Positions 51,579 through 61,865 of a DNA stretch of 64,000 nucleotides are shown piece by piece. How positions within the stretch are numbered: position 1 is the first letter of the stretch; every line of letters starts with the position of its first letter. Under the pieces are notes generated by a model, which was not told the origin of the DNA, did no database searches, and worked only from the letters and a program-made list of their open reading frames with translations. Made by a program: the position numbers and the translations under genes. Source of the stretch: a virus; IMG/VR virus record IMGVR_UViG_3300045988_127961, one strand, 5' to 3'.

Positions 51579-52418
51579 TTAATTAGTAAAATAATTATAA
51601 GCAGTGGTCGCATTCTTTTGTCTTTGATTTAAAGAACTTGATCCACAACGCTCATAACATTTTGCAAAAGCTTTAGCAACTTCTTTTTCATCATTTAAAT
51701 TTAAAAAAGAATTAAAATTAAATCCTCTTTTATATGAAGAACCAAAAGTATTAAATTCATATCCAATAGTATTTATTAAGAATTCGCATTGTGTATCTAA
51801 ATCAGAATACCAAACACTTGAATATCCTTTACTCCATTGACAAATTCCATAATAATATTTATTAGAAGCAGTTGGCTGTAAAGATAAAGTATTACCGCCA
51901 CATTCTGCCATCATATTACCCAAAATACCGGCGCAAACCGCGTCATTCCATCCTTGGTCTTTCATATAAAGCCAAATTTCTGTCGCTACTGGATAAGTAG
52001 ATGATTTATCATTCCATTGAGAATTAATTTTATCTAAACGATTCTGATAAATTTCCAAATATCCATTAGCGGTTTCATATTCTTTTTTAGCAAATTCAAT
52101 AATAGGATGATTTTCATCATATCCTAATGCTCTCGTTGCTTCGGCTAAGTCATGAGCACTATTTACAATCTCTTGATACTCTTGGATTAGAGATTTGAGC
52201 TCTTTACGGTTAACTGTATTATTAATTTCTCTATCCATAGGCTCCATATCAATAGTTTCTTCTGGTAAAAAATTATATACAGTTGATGATTCAGAAGGGA
52301 TGTAAGCTTCCGAAAAAGTAGTGATTTCGCTATAATTTAGAGCAAGAGCTGATGTTTGTAAAATAAAAATTAATACAAAACAAATAATGCTTCCTGCTAA
52401 AATCTTATATCTTTTCAT
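51579..52418 (-). CDS. Secreted lysozyme-like peptidoglycan hydrolase (279 aa) with an N-terminal signal peptide or TM segment
   Basis: N-terminus MKRYKILAGSIICFVLIFILQTSALA. Motif GILGNMMAECGG...GICQWS resembles the ESGG-type lysozyme-like or phage tail lysozyme domains. No TAG. Confidence 0.5.
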   Translation of the reverse strand: MKRYKILAGSIICFVLIFILQTSALALNYSEITTFSEAYIPSESSTVYNFLPEETIDMEPMDREINNTVNRKELKSLIQEYQEIVNSAHDLAEATRALGYDENHPIIEFAKKEYETANGYLEIYQNRLDKINSQWNDKSSTYPVATEIWLYMKDQGWNDAVCAGILGNMMAECGGNTLSLQPTASNKYYYGICQWSKGYSSVWYSDLDTQCEFLINTIGYEFNTFGSSYKRGFNFNSFLNLNDEKEVAKAFAKCYERCGSSSLNQRQKNATTAYNYFTN

Positions 52419-52582
52419 AAATGATTTCCTCCTAATAGGTTTTTTAAGTCTATTAGTCGTAGTGTCAATTATTAAAAATAATAAGCAGCCCTATCTACAA
52501 TTTCGTAATCTTCTATAATAATCTAAGGACTAATGTTATTATTCCATATATTTCGTTCGCATTTACCAACGATATTAATTGT

Positions 52583-54220
52583 CACATAACCCTATTCAGA
52601 ATACAATTTCTCGTATTCCTCCTCGGACGACTTAAACTTGATTAAACTGATGCCATCTGGCATAGTTATCTTCAAGGTAGGATTTTTATCTTTTGACATT
52701 AAAGTTAAGTTATTTGATGCAACTTTTATTCCTTCAACGGCAATAGATGCTTCTTCTACCCCTTGGCCCCAAAGTGATTTAAGTTGAGCGATATCAATAA
52801 TATCTTTTCCAACTAAATCATTAGTGTGATAAATAAAATCAACACTATAAATTGGGGTGAAATCAAAATCTTGTAAAGCAGAATTCGCATATTCAATAAA
52901 TTTATCAAAATTATCATCAATAATACCAAATCCAAAAGCATTAGGATGTCCTTCCGCATACATAATTAGATTTGATTTTTGACAAAATTCTCTAAAGTCT
53001 TTAAGCGCGGATTTGTCGTATCCTCTGCCGGAGCCTTCCCAACAAATTTGTTGAGTTTCTTCATCTATTGTTTTATTAAGAATTAAAACAGGACGTTGAT
53101 ATTTGCTCATTAATTGATTGGCCATTAATCCAGTCAAATTTTTGTCAGCAGCAAATCCATCTAACTTAATTCCTAAGATTTTATTACTTAAAAGATTTTG
53201 ATTTGCGATTATCTATTCAATTTTTTCCAAGCTAGTGTCTCTGATTTTAGTTTGCCTATTCTTGATATTAGTACAATTACGACAAGCTTGTTCTACTCTT
53301 GTCTCTGCTTGACCTTTACATCCACGTTTTGTTGAAGGGACAAGTTCGTATCCCTTAAAATCAAGCATTGACTCGAATAGCATGAGCTTTTCTTCTTGCG
53401 TCCCAACACGAGTAGTTGCATTAACTAAAGGAGCAATATAGAAAGCTACTCCAATAGACGTAATCTCATTATTAAAATGAAACTAATCTCTATTGATTAT
53501 GCCTCTGAAGCAAGGATTGGTGATTTGTTGTAAGCCTTTATTAATTAAATGTTTTGTTTCAAAATCACGCATATCCATCATGTCGGCCACCATTCCAAGA
53601 GCAACTAAATCCAATATATGATCTGCGTATTGAACGTTCATAAGTTCATCAATATAACAACAAAACTTATAAACCATTCCTACGCCAGATAAAGATTTTG
53701 TCGGATAATCACATAATTGATTGTTAATAATACAAGCATACTATGATATTTTATCAGCTTCATGGTGGTCTATTACCAACACGTCAATACCATTTTTATA
53801 TAAATATTCGTGTTCTAAATAATCATTTGATGAAGAATCTGGAGCAATTACTAATTTAATATCTTTATCAATACTATCTGGTATAATTCCGTGTTGTTTT
53901 CCTGCATGGACACGATAAAAAATATTGTTTTGCACAAACGCAGGAAAAAGACAGTATAAGTAATTCATGAGTGCGGCCGCCGAAGTATAGCCATCACAAT
54001 CACTATCTACCTATATAAGAACTTTGTCATTTTGTGCAATATGTTTGACGAGCATTTTTGCACCATTTTCTATTCTATCAATAGTTGCTGGTTCTATAAT
54101 GTCATCATCAGTGGTATTAAGATAATGAGGAATATCTTGTAATTTAATTCCTCTATTGGTTAGCACCTGTTCGACCGCTGAATACTGCGGGATGCGAGGG
54201 GCTTTTAGTTGATAGTCCAT
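52583..54220 (-). CDS. RecJ-like DHH/DHHA1 ssDNA exonuclease (about 545 aa). Five in-frame TAGs join four ORF-track fragments.
   Basis: DSDCDGYTSAA (DHH motif I), VLVIDHHE (motif III), LVALGMVADMMDM (motif IV) and GHPNAFGFG (DHHA1). All fragments are in one frame. TAGs at 54011, 53741, 53483, about 53200 and 52592. Confidence 0.65.
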
Positions 54221-54289
54221 AGGCTATTCAACCTCCTTTCATAATACCACCACTATTATTTAAGAATTTCTATAATTTACTTATTCATA

Positions 54290-54607
54290 TCAGTCCTCTC
54301 CTACTGGATCACCATAGTAATGATAAGCAGTATAAGGAAGGGCTCTTGTGCATGGAAAAATAATAGTTTCAATAACTGAAAGAGGGGTTTGACAAGAAAT
54401 ATAAGAAATATTACACTTATATCCTCTGGCATTTCCAGTAGAAATAACTACTTTCCAATAATCTTCATTTTCAAAAACTATAGAATAACGATTGATAGAT
54501 TTAATTTTTTCTATTGGTTTTATATCCATTGCTTTGTATTGTTCTTCAATTCTTTCCAATTGTTCAATTCCTTCAATGAAAGTATTACACCAAACAATGC
54601 CTGTCAT
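54290..54607 (-). CDS. Hypothetical protein (105 aa)
   Basis: Intact ORF with TGA stop. Confidence 0.4.
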   Translation of the reverse strand: MTGIVWCNTFIEGIEQLERIEEQYKAMDIKPIEKIKSINRYSIVFENEDYWKVVISTGNARGYKCNISYISCQTPLSVIETIIFPCTRALPYTAYHYYGDPVGED

Positions 54608-54894
54608 AAACCGCTCTCTCCCATCTTATGCCCTAATGGACAAATATGAAAAAGAACAGGAATTTCCATTTCCGTATATCCTTTTTCTAAATCTCCATTA
54701 TATCTAATTACTTTTCGAGTTTCAATTCCACTTGATATACACTTACTGGTTTTATCATAATATTTATTACATTTATCGCAATAAATACAACTTCGGAGCA
54801 AACTATCTCTTTGTTTTTTTAATCCTTCGATTTGCGCGCTCAGTGAAATAATTGTATCATTTACAGAGATAGGAATATCATAATCATCATTCAT
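54604..54894 (-). CDS. Zinc-ribbon-containing small protein (96 aa)
   Basis: CIYCDKCNKYYDKTSKC and HICPLGH. Confidence 0.4.
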   Translation of the reverse strand: MNDDYDIPISVNDTIISLSAQIEGLKKQRDSLLRSCIYCDKCNKYYDKTSKCISSGIETRKVIRYNGDLEKGYTEMEIPVLFHICPLGHKMGESGL

Positions 54895-55994
54895 ATAAAT
54901 ATCCTTTCCTTATATAATTGTAAAAATTTTTCTTTACCATCATCAATTGGTGAATCTTTGTATTTTGTAATCATATTTTTATCAAAAATAAAAGATATAA
55001 GCACATCATTTTTAAATTTAGTTCTAATTTTTAAAAGATTTAACTTTAAGTGTTGAAATTCTGCGTCTCCAATTTCTTGGAATTGTCTATCAAAAGCAAT
55101 TATAATTTCTTGCGCACCACTATCTAATAATAATTGAATTTGATGCGAAGAAACATTACTTCCGCAACAAGCTACTGATATATTGTTATTCCAACCGAAA
55201 TCAGTAGCATATTTCAATACTGATTTTTCACTTTCAAAAATGATTGCTTTTTTCATTATGCCAATGGCCTTTTTAGACCAATTTAATCCATATAAGTTCA
55301 TTCCAAGAGGATGATTATATAATTGATTATTTATTTTCATTGGTCTATATTTCCCATATAGCTCCGCCTCGTCTTTGCACATGGTGCGTCCGCGCAAGCC
55401 TACAAATCTTCCGCTAATATCATAATGAGGAATTGTAATTTGATCGGCTCCTGGATAAAAACCAATACGTGCTTTATTAATTACTTCTTGAGAAATTCCT
55501 TCATCAAGCCAAGGAATTATTTTAATATTATAATTTAATCTATTTAAAATAGAATCATCATAATCTTTTAAAATAATTTTATTATTTTTTAATTCAATCT
55601 CTTGGATACGAGAATAATTTGATAAAATTTTCCAATCATCTAAAGTTTTACCCATATCGTCATCTTTTATCATGCCTGACAAACCAAAACGACGAGCAAC
55701 CCATAACACTGAATCATTTAAATCAAATTCTTCATCATATTGAATTTTCATTACTTTAGAACATAATTCAAAAATATCAAAAGTTGAATCGCATCCCGTG
55801 TAGCATTTAAATAATCCTGTATTTTCATAAAAATAAAGTTTTCTGCTACCTTCTCCAGGAGGATTATGACAAATGGTGGAAGAGAGAATCCCGAATTCTG
55901 TATATTCAGGATCTCCGCCCCATTCAATTAATAAATCATAAATATTTTCAAGCCCAAGAGCTTGACGAATTTCTGATTTATCAAATACTATCAT
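54891..55994 (-). CDS. DNA primase, DnaG-like (367 aa)
   Basis: Zn-binding CHNPPGEGSRKLYFYENTGLFKCYTGC. TOPRIM-like region. Confidence 0.65.
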   Translation of the reverse strand: MIVFDKSEIRQALGLENIYDLLIEWGGDPEYTEFGILSSTICHNPPGEGSRKLYFYENTGLFKCYTGCDSTFDIFELCSKVMKIQYDEEFDLNDSVLWVARRFGLSGMIKDDDMGKTLDDWKILSNYSRIQEIELKNNKIILKDYDDSILNRLNYNIKIIPWLDEGISQEVINKARIGFYPGADQITIPHYDISGRFVGLRGRTMCKDEAELYGKYRPMKINNQLYNHPLGMNLYGLNWSKKAIGIMKKAIIFESEKSVLKYATDFGWNNNISVACCGSNVSSHQIQLLLDSGAQEIIIAFDRQFQEIGDAEFQHLKLNLLKIRTKFKNDVLISFIFDKNMITKYKDSPIDDGKEKFLQLYKERIFI

Positions 55995-56163
55995 AAGTAA
56001 TTACTTTAGAACAATTTCTCATAAGTCCACACTGTTCATTAACATAATGGACAAGCATTTCCTGCGGACGAAGCTTAGCAAGACTAGGAACGGCTTTATA
56101 AGAACGAATAATCTCCTTAGCCATTCTATTGCTCATCTTGTATTCAACATTACCACTCTTCAT
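55981..56163 (-). CDS. Small hypothetical protein (60 aa)
   Basis: Intact ORF between the DnaB and primase genes. Confidence 0.3.
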   Translation of the reverse strand: MKSGNVEYKMSNRMAKEIIRSYKAVPSLAKLRPQEMLVHYVNEQCGLMRNCSKVITYDSI

Positions 56164-56180
56164 AATTTTTCTCCTTAATT

Positions 56181-57713
56181 TTAAAAAGCTGACTCTTCTT
56201 CAAGAGTAATTTTTATATCATCAATAGGAACAAGTTCATAAGCGTATGTAGTACAAAACATAGGAATAATTCTACAAGTTCCTAAATCTGCTTTACACCA
56301 TAAAATAACTCCTTTATACCTACCACGTCTATTTTTATAAACAGACATTTTAATAGTTGGAGTATCAAATAATTTTGTGTTTAGTATTTTTTCCAATGAA
56401 ATTAAATCATCATCTTGGACATTTAAAAGAATTGATCCATAATCTACTTTATCGGCAATAGATTTTGCTCCACGCAAAAGATTCTGGTCAGGAGTTTTAG
56501 AATCAACATAATCACCATTTAACTGTGTTGCTGACATAATAAAAACACCATATTGATTACAGATATCTTTTAATTTGTTAGATAGCATAAAAAGTATGTT
56601 ATCTTCACGAAGTTTTACTCCACCACTACGACGAGTAATTTCTTCAAGAATTTTCATGCTTGTATGAATATAGTCGTGAAATATATATTTTACATCGTGA
56701 TCTCGGATGCCTTTTTTGATTTCATTCTCGACATCCTGCAATGAAAAATCAGGTAATTCACGGATATACAATGGGCTATCTTTAAGAATTTTTGCGGCCT
56801 CTATTACTCGTTCTTTTTCATTTCCTTGATATTCATTATAAATAATATGTTCTTCATTCACATTAGAAAGAAAAGCAAGCATCATTGTTTGAATTTCATT
56901 TTTATCTTGCTCTGTAGTTATATACAATACTGGTTCTTGAATTCCGTTTTTAATCCAACTTCCAAAAGTATCATCATATATTTTATTACAAGCAATATAG
57001 CACGAATCCGCAATCATAGAACGAGTTTTACCTACTCCTGTGGCCGCGGAACGCAAATAAAACTTTTTAAGTCTTGCACCACGAGTAACTGTATTAATTA
57101 ATGGCCCATATAGAGGACTTCCTGCTATTGGATGTTGCTCTAAGTCATCAAGCAATTCAAAAATTCCATCACCTGCTTGAACCGCAACTCCTTCAACGTC
57201 ATTTACATACTCATATTTAATTTGTTCTATGCGGTCATCAATTAATTGTGCGATATGCTCTAATGAAGAATTATCAAGATTATCTTCTTGTAATTGTTTT
57301 TTTTCAGTATCTAAAATATTATCAGGGTCATAAATAAAAGAAACATCAATGCCATATCTGTCATAAGCGCGAAGTAGAGACATTTTTTTTAAACGACCAT
57401 AATAATAATCAAATGATAAAGGTTTCGCATTTTCAGAAACTTTTAATAACCACTCTTCGCCTTTATTAACTTTAAATGTAGCTTCATATTTAGGGCGAGA
57501 AGAAAGAAAATCACTAATATTTTCTAAAGTAATTTTCTAAGCTCCTAATTCATGAATTTTATATATTGCTCCAAAAACAATTCTATGAAATTCATCAGCG
57601 AAATCTTCATCAGTTATTATATATCTATCAGTAAAATCCAAAAGCTAAGGAGTATTATATACGCACCCTATAACTTGTGTAATCGCTGTTGGGTCTACAT
57701 ATTTACTCGGCAT
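56181..57713 (-). CDS. Replicative DNA helicase, DnaB-like (510 aa). Two in-frame TAGs (57645 and 57537) extend the ORF-track fragment upstream to ATG 57713.
   Basis: RecA-fold motifs GARLKKFYLRSAATGVGKTRSM. N-terminal domain EFHRIVFGAIYKIHELGAQKITLENISDFL. Confidence 0.7.
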
Positions 57714-58053
57714 TTAAGTCCTCCTATTCATCTAAAAATGTAAAAACTGATTTTTTTCGAGGTTCTTTTTTAGGAATAGGAATTTTTATTTCCTTTAATT
57801 TAGGAACGTAATCAATAACATTTTTATCTTTATTGGATTGTTGAATCATCCAAAGATTATAATAATAATTGTAAGCGTCTTTATAAATAAAAGGTATAAT
57901 ACCAATTCCACCATTAGCTTTATTTTTATTATTTCCCTTAACCTCATAAAAATAAACTAAGGCTTTTAACATTCCAGAATATGTATATTGGTATTCTCTT
58001 ATATAATCATTCATTTGCTTGCGGACGCGAGCATTAATATATGATTCTCCCAA
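57703..58053 (-). CDS. Hypothetical protein. Probably N-terminally longer (possibly to about 58283) with a C4-type zinc-finger segment and a non-canonical start. One TAG at 57724 and another upstream.
   Basis: The ORF stays open upstream of TTG 58053 through KVKCIYCQQTF...RRYAHPEC to a TAA. Only an ATA/ATT codon follows the AAGGAG RBS at about 58283. Confidence 0.35.
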
Positions 58054-58328
58054 TAAGTTTTTTACATATTCTTCAAATTTTTCTTTATCTAAATCTTCTT
58101 TTGTTTTTACTTTTTCGGGCGAATTATGAACTTGTAAAGGAGTGTCTTCATTTTCAGCCTATTTAGCACATTCAGGGTGCGCATATCTTCGAGATTTTAT
58201 TTGAACATAAGGAAATTTATCTCTATCAAAAGTCTGCTGACAATAAATACATTTAACTTTATGTATATAAATTACTCCTTTCCATTACTTTATATAAATA
58301 TTATACAATATTTTTAAATAAAAGTCAA

Positions 58329-58354
58329 ACCGGAGCGACTTTTATCACTCCGGT
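58329..58354 (-). terminator. Short hairpin downstream of the Sak4-like gene
   Basis: CCGGAG...CTCCGG stem. Confidence 0.3.
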
Positions 58355-58371
58355 TATAAATTATATTTTAT

Positions 58372-59367
58372 TTACTTATTTTCCATTTGAGGAAGAAGAT
58401 CATCTTTAATTTCGCCAACAATTAAAGATACAAATTCTGCCTGCTCAGGAGTGGCGTCAGAAATTTTCTTGCCTTTACCCAAATATTTATCAATAATTTG
58501 AGTGATACGAGGACCAAAGAATCCAGGATTCTTATTCATCATATCTCCAGCAAGATTTTGGAATTCAGCCATAAGTGCTTCATAATCATAAGTAGGAGCT
58601 TCAGGGGCAACGACCATCTTTTCATCAGTGACAAATTTACCACCATTGTCAGCTGCTTCCTTATCAATAGCCTCATGGATAGCATTAATAAGACTATCAT
58701 AATTCATAGGAATTTCGCTTTCAATATACTTGAAACGACCACCACAGTCAATAAGGTCATTACCAGAACGAAGAGTTAGGACAGACATTTGGCCGGCCGC
58801 CTTTTGATGAGCATATCCATAAACATCAGCCATACCGGTGATAATAGTGCGAGTGGATTGAGAAAGATTTGGTCTTACTGCCACAACCTCAGTGCCATCA
58901 GGACGAGTTACAGTTTGTTCTTTTTCATGTCCGATAAAGAAAACGGCATATCCAAGACGAGTTAAACCTCTAAAGACTTCATTAAATTCATCTTTAAACT
59001 TAGACCAGCCCTTACCATAACCAAGGTCTCCAAGAGATTCAATCTGATTTTGATTACAGATATATTTCTCACAATATTTAGCGGCTTCATCAATAGTATC
59101 TACAATAATAGCATTATACATTGCCTTTACTTCTGGACGCTTCAAATCACGATAAACTTGCTTCATTTCTGCCCAAGAAGTAATGTCCGCGGCCATAACA
59201 CCAGGAAGGCAGTTATAGCCTTGCTCAAAAGCTAAAAGCAAAGAATTCGGCATTTGAGTCGCCAAAGTAGTCTTGCCTGTCTTGGGCTTGCCATAAATAA
59301 AAGTAATATAACCAGAAAGATCTTTACTTACCTTATGAGGTTGAATTTTAGTTAAATCAATAGCCAT
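58372..59367 (-). CDS. Sak4-like RecA-family ATPase (AAA_24-type ssDNA annealing/recombination protein), 331 aa
   Basis: Walker A GKPKTGKTTLA. No TAG. Confidence 0.6.
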   Translation of the reverse strand: MAIDLTKIQPHKVSKDLSGYITFIYGKPKTGKTTLATQMPNSLLLAFEQGYNCLPGVMAADITSWAEMKQVYRDLKRPEVKAMYNAIIVDTIDEAAKYCEKYICNQNQIESLGDLGYGKGWSKFKDEFNEVFRGLTRLGYAVFFIGHEKEQTVTRPDGTEVVAVRPNLSQSTRTIITGMADVYGYAHQKAAGQMSVLTLRSGNDLIDCGGRFKYIESEIPMNYDSLINAIHEAIDKEAADNGGKFVTDEKMVVAPEAPTYDYEALMAEFQNLAGDMMNKNPGFFGPRITQIIDKYLGKGKKISDATPEQAEFVSLIVGEIKDDLLPQMENK

Positions 59368-59464
59368 TATGTTATTTCTCCTTATTTGTTTTAATTATTA
59401 TCTCTTTAAGTATTTCTTCTAAATTTAGTATATTACAAAAATCATCATATAAATTAACTTTAGC

Positions 59465-59493
59465 GCAATGGCCTCTTATTGAGAGGCCATTGC
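59465..59493 (-). terminator. Hairpin with a 12-bp perfect stem downstream of the SSB-like gene
   Basis: GCAATGGCCTCT / AGAGGCCATTGC. Confidence 0.45.
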
Positions 59494-59514
59494 TATTTAA
59501 TGGCTAATTCATGA

Positions 59515-60462
59515 TTAGAATTTAAAACCTTCTGTAGCAGGGGATGCGACAGTAGTAGCAGTAGTAACATTCTGCTTAGAAGCTTTATATTCATCTTGAC
59601 GCTGCTTCAAAGTAGCAAGGTAAGTCTCACGCGCGGCCATAGCTTCAGTAAGCTCTTTCGCAGTGATAGAACTTTCATCATCCCAAACATAAGGCTCCTT
59701 AGCGCCACCGGTAATAACAAAATCCTTACGAGTGCTTTGAACCTCACGAACATTATCATCGCCAAACGCAGACTCTTCACGAATCTCGCGCTTAATTACT
59801 TCAGATACCTGACGACCCCAAAGCTTTGTGAACACAGGCTCAGAAGGAGAGGCTCCAAGACCTTCGTAATAAGCCATAGCTCCAGGATTAGTAGCTGTAA
59901 ACTCAACAGGAAGCAAAGACTTACGGAAATCAAAAATTGCTCCCTTAACAATTACCTTTTCAGGGATATTGTGCTCTTCATCAGCATCAACATGAGTCAC
60001 ATTGGTGATAATCATGTCGCACTTAAAAGTATTGCGCTGTTTTTCATCATCAATAAGAGTAGTAGTAGTATGAACAAATCCGCCCTCATTGCGCTTAGTG
60101 CTTACAAGCTCTTCCTTGCCGTTACGATCAGAATAAAATTCATTAAGACCAATCGCAGAATCAACACGAAGCTTAGCAGCTTTATCTTCTCCATCAGCCA
60201 TATAATTACCGATTGTACCATCAATAATATTCTGAAGAATACTATATGTAGCATTAGGAGTGCCCTTAGTAGTAGTTTGAGTTACATAAGTAAAATGAAC
60301 CTGGACGATATTAGTAAGAGCATTATCAGTAGCAATACTAATAGTACCAGAAATAAAAGGAGTGCCGGGATTCTTAGAATTTGGTCCGGTTACCTTATTT
60401 TCCAAAGCATGTTCGTACAAGATACCTTCAATATGAGTAGCATTTTCCATTACTTTCTTCAT
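59515..60462 (-). CDS. Putative ssDNA-binding protein, partner of Sak4 (315 aa)
   Basis: RBS AAGGAG. Position immediately upstream of the Sak4-like gene. No TAG. Relatively GC-rich codon usage. Confidence 0.3.
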   Translation of the reverse strand: MKKVMENATHIEGILYEHALENKVTGPNSKNPGTPFISGTISIATDNALTNIVQVHFTYVTQTTTKGTPNATYSILQNIIDGTIGNYMADGEDKAAKLRVDSAIGLNEFYSDRNGKEELVSTKRNEGGFVHTTTTLIDDEKQRNTFKCDMIITNVTHVDADEEHNIPEKVIVKGAIFDFRKSLLPVEFTATNPGAMAYYEGLGASPSEPVFTKLWGRQVSEVIKREIREESAFGDDNVREVQSTRKDFVITGGAKEPYVWDDESSITAKELTEAMAARETYLATLKQRQDEYKASKQNVTTATTVASPATEGFKF

Positions 60463-60476
60463 AAATAAATTTCTCC

Positions 60477-60854
60477 TTAATTAAATAAATTCAATAAATT
60501 AATATTTTTTCCTTTTTCTGTTAAAGTATAAATAATTGGATCTTGACTAACTTTTTCTACGAAACCATCAGATACTAATTTGCGCATGGAACCCGCAACT
60601 CCACGGCTAGACACACCGAGATATTCGGCAATTTCTCTTGATTTAACAAGAGGAATATCTTTATTATTATCTTGCATCCATTTAATAATGGCTTTTCCGC
60701 CCTCAGTAAATAGAGGCTTTTCAGTTTCTTCTTTAGCTTTTAACGCTTCCCAATAGATACTAGCATCTTCACTCATTACTACTGGATAGCGGTTTTCATT
60801 AGTGGCAACAATTAATTCTTCAACATAATCAATAAATGCTTGTTTCTTACTCAT
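60477..60854 (-). CDS. Helix-turn-helix DNA-binding protein (125 aa)
   Basis: HTH segment SREIAEYLGVSSRGVAGSMRKLVSDGFV. Confidence 0.5.
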   Translation of the reverse strand: MSKKQAFIDYVEELIVATNENRYPVVMSEDASIYWEALKAKEETEKPLFTEGGKAIIKWMQDNNKDIPLVKSREIAEYLGVSSRGVAGSMRKLVSDGFVEKVSQDPIIYTLTEKGKNINLLNLFN

Positions 60855-60892
60855 TTTAAAAAGTTTATAACCTTTCTTTATCTTATATAAAT

Positions 60893-60921
60893 ATTATATA
60901 ATATTTATTTAGAAAAATCAA
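60893..60921 (-). promoter_or_regulatory. Sigma70-type promoter, TTGATT-N17-TATAAT
   Basis: Minus-strand -35 (plus 60916-60921), -10 (plus 60893-60898) and a 17-nt spacer upstream of the HTH gene. Confidence 0.5.
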
Positions 60922-60934
60922 GTTATGATTAATT

Positions 60935-61591
60935 TACCAATAGTTCTTCCGCATAAGGAAGAGTTTCAATCCATTCACAGAATTCTCTCCATTCGGGAAG
61001 ACGATGATTTTTTCTCTAAATATATATGTTTCTTAAACATCTATAATTAGTAGTTAATCTTGCGGTAAGCAAAAATCCAGCAGGGTTAGAGTATAGAATT
61101 TCAAGATATTTTTCTTTTCTAATCTCTTCTAACTGCTCAAGCATTTTAATTCTCTCGTTTTTATTTTCAGTTTCACAATGCTTAATTCTATCAATAATAC
61201 TTAAAAGTTTATTATAAATATCAACTTTCTCACGCATTATCTCAATGATTCTTGGATCAACATATTCATTATATTGTTCATTTAAATCAAATTTAGTAAT
61301 GCAATGCATTGTGGATTGCGAAGATACAAATTCAAGGAATCTATATCTTTCTGCTTCAACCCAAGCCTTATTGGAAAAAGTTAAATCAAAATTAACTCTA
61401 ATACCAGTTAAAAATTGGGCATGGGCCATATTACCACTTTTCGTGGCAGATACAAGATTCTAACATCTTGTCATATCTTTATCATTAATTGGATGTTGCT
61501 CGGTATCCGTTCTCATTGGATATCCAGAAGCAACCATACTTTCTGGTAAGTCATAGACTCTTACATTACTGACGATTTTATTATTTTTCAT
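60935..61591 (-). CDS. Hypothetical protein (218 aa), two in-frame TAGs
   Basis: RBS GAGGA. ORF-track fragment 61016..61429 extends upstream to ATG 61591 and downstream through TAG 61016 to TAA 60935. Confidence 0.4.
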
Positions 61592-61700
61592 AATCAATCC
61601 TCATTACTTAAAGTATATCCGCTTAGATTATGCCCAAGAGAACGAACAAAACAATCAAGTTCATCAATGAATACCATATTGCCTTTTGGATAATTCCCAT

Positions 61701-61865
61701 TTATATAATCATAATATGAAATAAAATCAATTCCAATAATTCCATATCCTTCTGACTTAATTCTCCATCAGGATTAGAACAAGCAATAATAGCATTTTTC
61801 TCTTTGGCTAACAATATTAATCTACTCGTTTTTCCTGTTCCACGTTTATCAATTATTCTATACAT
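61701..61865 (-). CDS. Small ORF (54 aa) with a P-loop-like GTGKT motif. Possibly a gene remnant.
   Basis: MYRIIDKRGTGKTSRLILLAKEKNAIIACSNPDG... followed by a second 25-codon ORF in the same frame after TAA. Confidence 0.2.
   Translation of the reverse strand: MYRIIDKRGTGKTSRLILLAKEKNAIIACSNPDGELSQKDMELLELILFHIMII

Noticed and set aside
61612-61865. P-loop-containing 54-aa ORF followed by a 25-aa ORF, considered as a frameshifted ATPase or kinase
   Set aside because: No frame combination gives a longer coherent protein. It is kept only as a low-confidence small ORF or possible gene remnant.
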